Source of the DNA: Eledone cirrhosa
Taxonomy: Eukaryota
Direction: 5' to 3'
DNA: 64,000 nucleotides
NCBI GenBank assembly: GCA_964016885.1
Contig: OZ024740.1
Location: 322,090,001-322,154,000 of the forward strand
Under the pieces are notes generated by a model that ran no database searches, had not been told where the DNA came from, and worked only from the letters and a program-made list of their open reading frames with translations. How positions within the stretch are numbered: position 1 is the first letter of the stretch; the number at the start of each line of letters is the position of its first letter. A program made the translations under genes and the position numbers. Shown piece after piece: positions 62,563 through 64,000 of this stretch.

Positions 62563-63279
62563 GACAGCTACTGCCAGCTCATATCTTTTATACAAAGTAA
62601 TGCAAAGTGCTTGGTTGAGTAAGCCACAGGATACGATCCCCATAAGAAAATGCTCAACCACATGCTGTGCATGTCCATGAAGAGACCTTTGGGAGCCTCT
62701 CTGAAGTGGAAGCCAGAAGGAGAACAGATGTCAAAGCAGCAGACCTGTCAAAATCTGAGGTATGTGGTGGAAGAACTGGCTGCTAAGAGCACAATCAGAT
62801 GACAGTGGGTGTGACCATGTTGGGAAGAGATCTCTTATTGCCCAATGTTTCAGAGACTAACAAAATTAAACACACTATCTTTTTTTCTTTCTCTTATTGT
62901 TTTATTCCAACATGGTATAATAATTGAATAATTTCTCATTACATCTCTCTGTCTCTCTCTCACTCACTTTCTCCCTCTTTCTATCCCACAGGTCTCTAAT
63001 TGTGTATATCTCTCTCTGTTTCTCCCTCTCCCTCTTTCTCCCTCTTTCTACTTCTCTCTCACTCTCTGACTCCCTCTTTCTATCCCTCTATTCCACAGGT
63101 CTCTAATGGTGGTCCCAGCCACCATGTCTGTGTAACTCTCTGTATCTAACAGCTCTCTAATTGTCTCTCACTCTCTACCTCTCACTCTTTCTCTGTCTCT
63201 CACCCTCTCTATCTCATTCTGTCTCTCACCCTCTCTCTCTCATTCTGTCTCTTACTCACTCTCTCCCTCTATTCCACAG

Positions 63280-63379
63280 GTCTCTAATGGTGGTCCCTGC
63301 CACCAACATGTACAATGGATTATCTGAGGGAGACTACGACAATCTCTGGGTTGGAGAACAAGATGACATTTACAACAAA
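63280..63379 (+). CDS. UBASH3B: Probable next UBASH3-family exon (post-SH3 linker)
   Basis: Long pyrimidine tract, ccacag|G...AAA|gtatgt; the phase-2 acceptor fits. Reads SLMVVPATNMYNGLSEGDYDNLWVGEQDDIYNK; no family homology recognised. Confidence 0.72.
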
Positions 63380-63555
63380 GTATGTATCCTCCCCCTCCTC
63401 TTCACCATATTACTAGGGTAGCATTGATTAGTTAGTAGATTATCCCTATCAGCTTTATCACTGATTTTACTGATTAATCAATATCAGCTTTCCTTTTTTT
63501 TTTTTTTTTGCTGATTAATTGGTTTTGATAATGAGCAATTTTTATTATTATTATT

Positions 63556-63777
63556 GGCAGTGGATTGGCAAAATCGGTAGAGCGTCGGACACCATGCTTC
63601 GTGGCATAGTTATATCCCTTTATGTTCTGAGTTCAAATCCCACCGAGGTTGGCTTTGCCTTTCATCCTTACAGGGTTGATAAAATAAAGTACCAGTAACA
63701 CACTGGGGTCGATATAATCGACTTTCCCCTCTCCCCAAATTGCTGGCCTTGTGCCTATAGTAGAAATCATTATTATT
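63556..63777 (+). mobile_element. Full-length SINE family B
   Basis: A-box-like TGGCAAAATCGG, widely spaced B box GAGTTCAAATCC and (ATT)n tail; an inverted partial copy follows at about 63903-64000. Confidence 0.8.
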
Positions 63778-64000
63778 GTTGTTGATGATAGGTACATAAG
63801 TTCAAGCAAGAAAATCATGGGTGACAGAGAAATTGAGAAAACATTCGATTCAACATATACAAAACAATTCTTCCTAAGACATTCAATCTCAGCTCACTAA
63901 TATAATTGTTTCTACTTTAGGCACAAGGCCAGCAATTATCCCAGTGCATTACTGGTACTTTAATTTATCGACCCCGTAAGGATAAAAGGCAAAGTTAACC

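Noticed and set aside
61831-62680. Open frames of 180-260 aa
   Set aside because: The 26-bp minisatellite is open in all three frames and lies in an intron.

Overview
AT-rich, microsatellite-laden eukaryotic DNA. The repeat landscape suggests an octopus or other coleoid cephalopod (inference). The window lies inside one + strand gene of the UBASH3/STS family. Five coding exons can be spliced in phase (13664-13850, 15351-15543, 55990-56159, 61614-61822, 63280-63379), covering the end of the UBA domain, a 2H-phosphoesterase domain, an atypical SH3 and a Tyr-motif linker. The start and the expected C-terminal phosphatase domain were not found in the window. The introns (one is 40.4 kb) hold a solitary 5S rRNA copy, an RTE LINE with an uninterrupted 1012-aa ORF, a CR1-group LINE broken by one 7-bp duplication, SINEs, MITEs, a mariner relic, minisatellites and about 12.5 kb of complex (TA)n arrays. 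The most unusual signal is a set of short, sequence-unrelated fold-back elements in (TA)n tracts. They carry full or partial minimal hammerhead-ribozyme cores and a shared ACTC...GAGT(G/A)C tail motif, and probably derive from Penelope-like elements. Two exon boundaries of the host gene are also tandemly duplicated. All calls are from reading the sequence; no searches were run.
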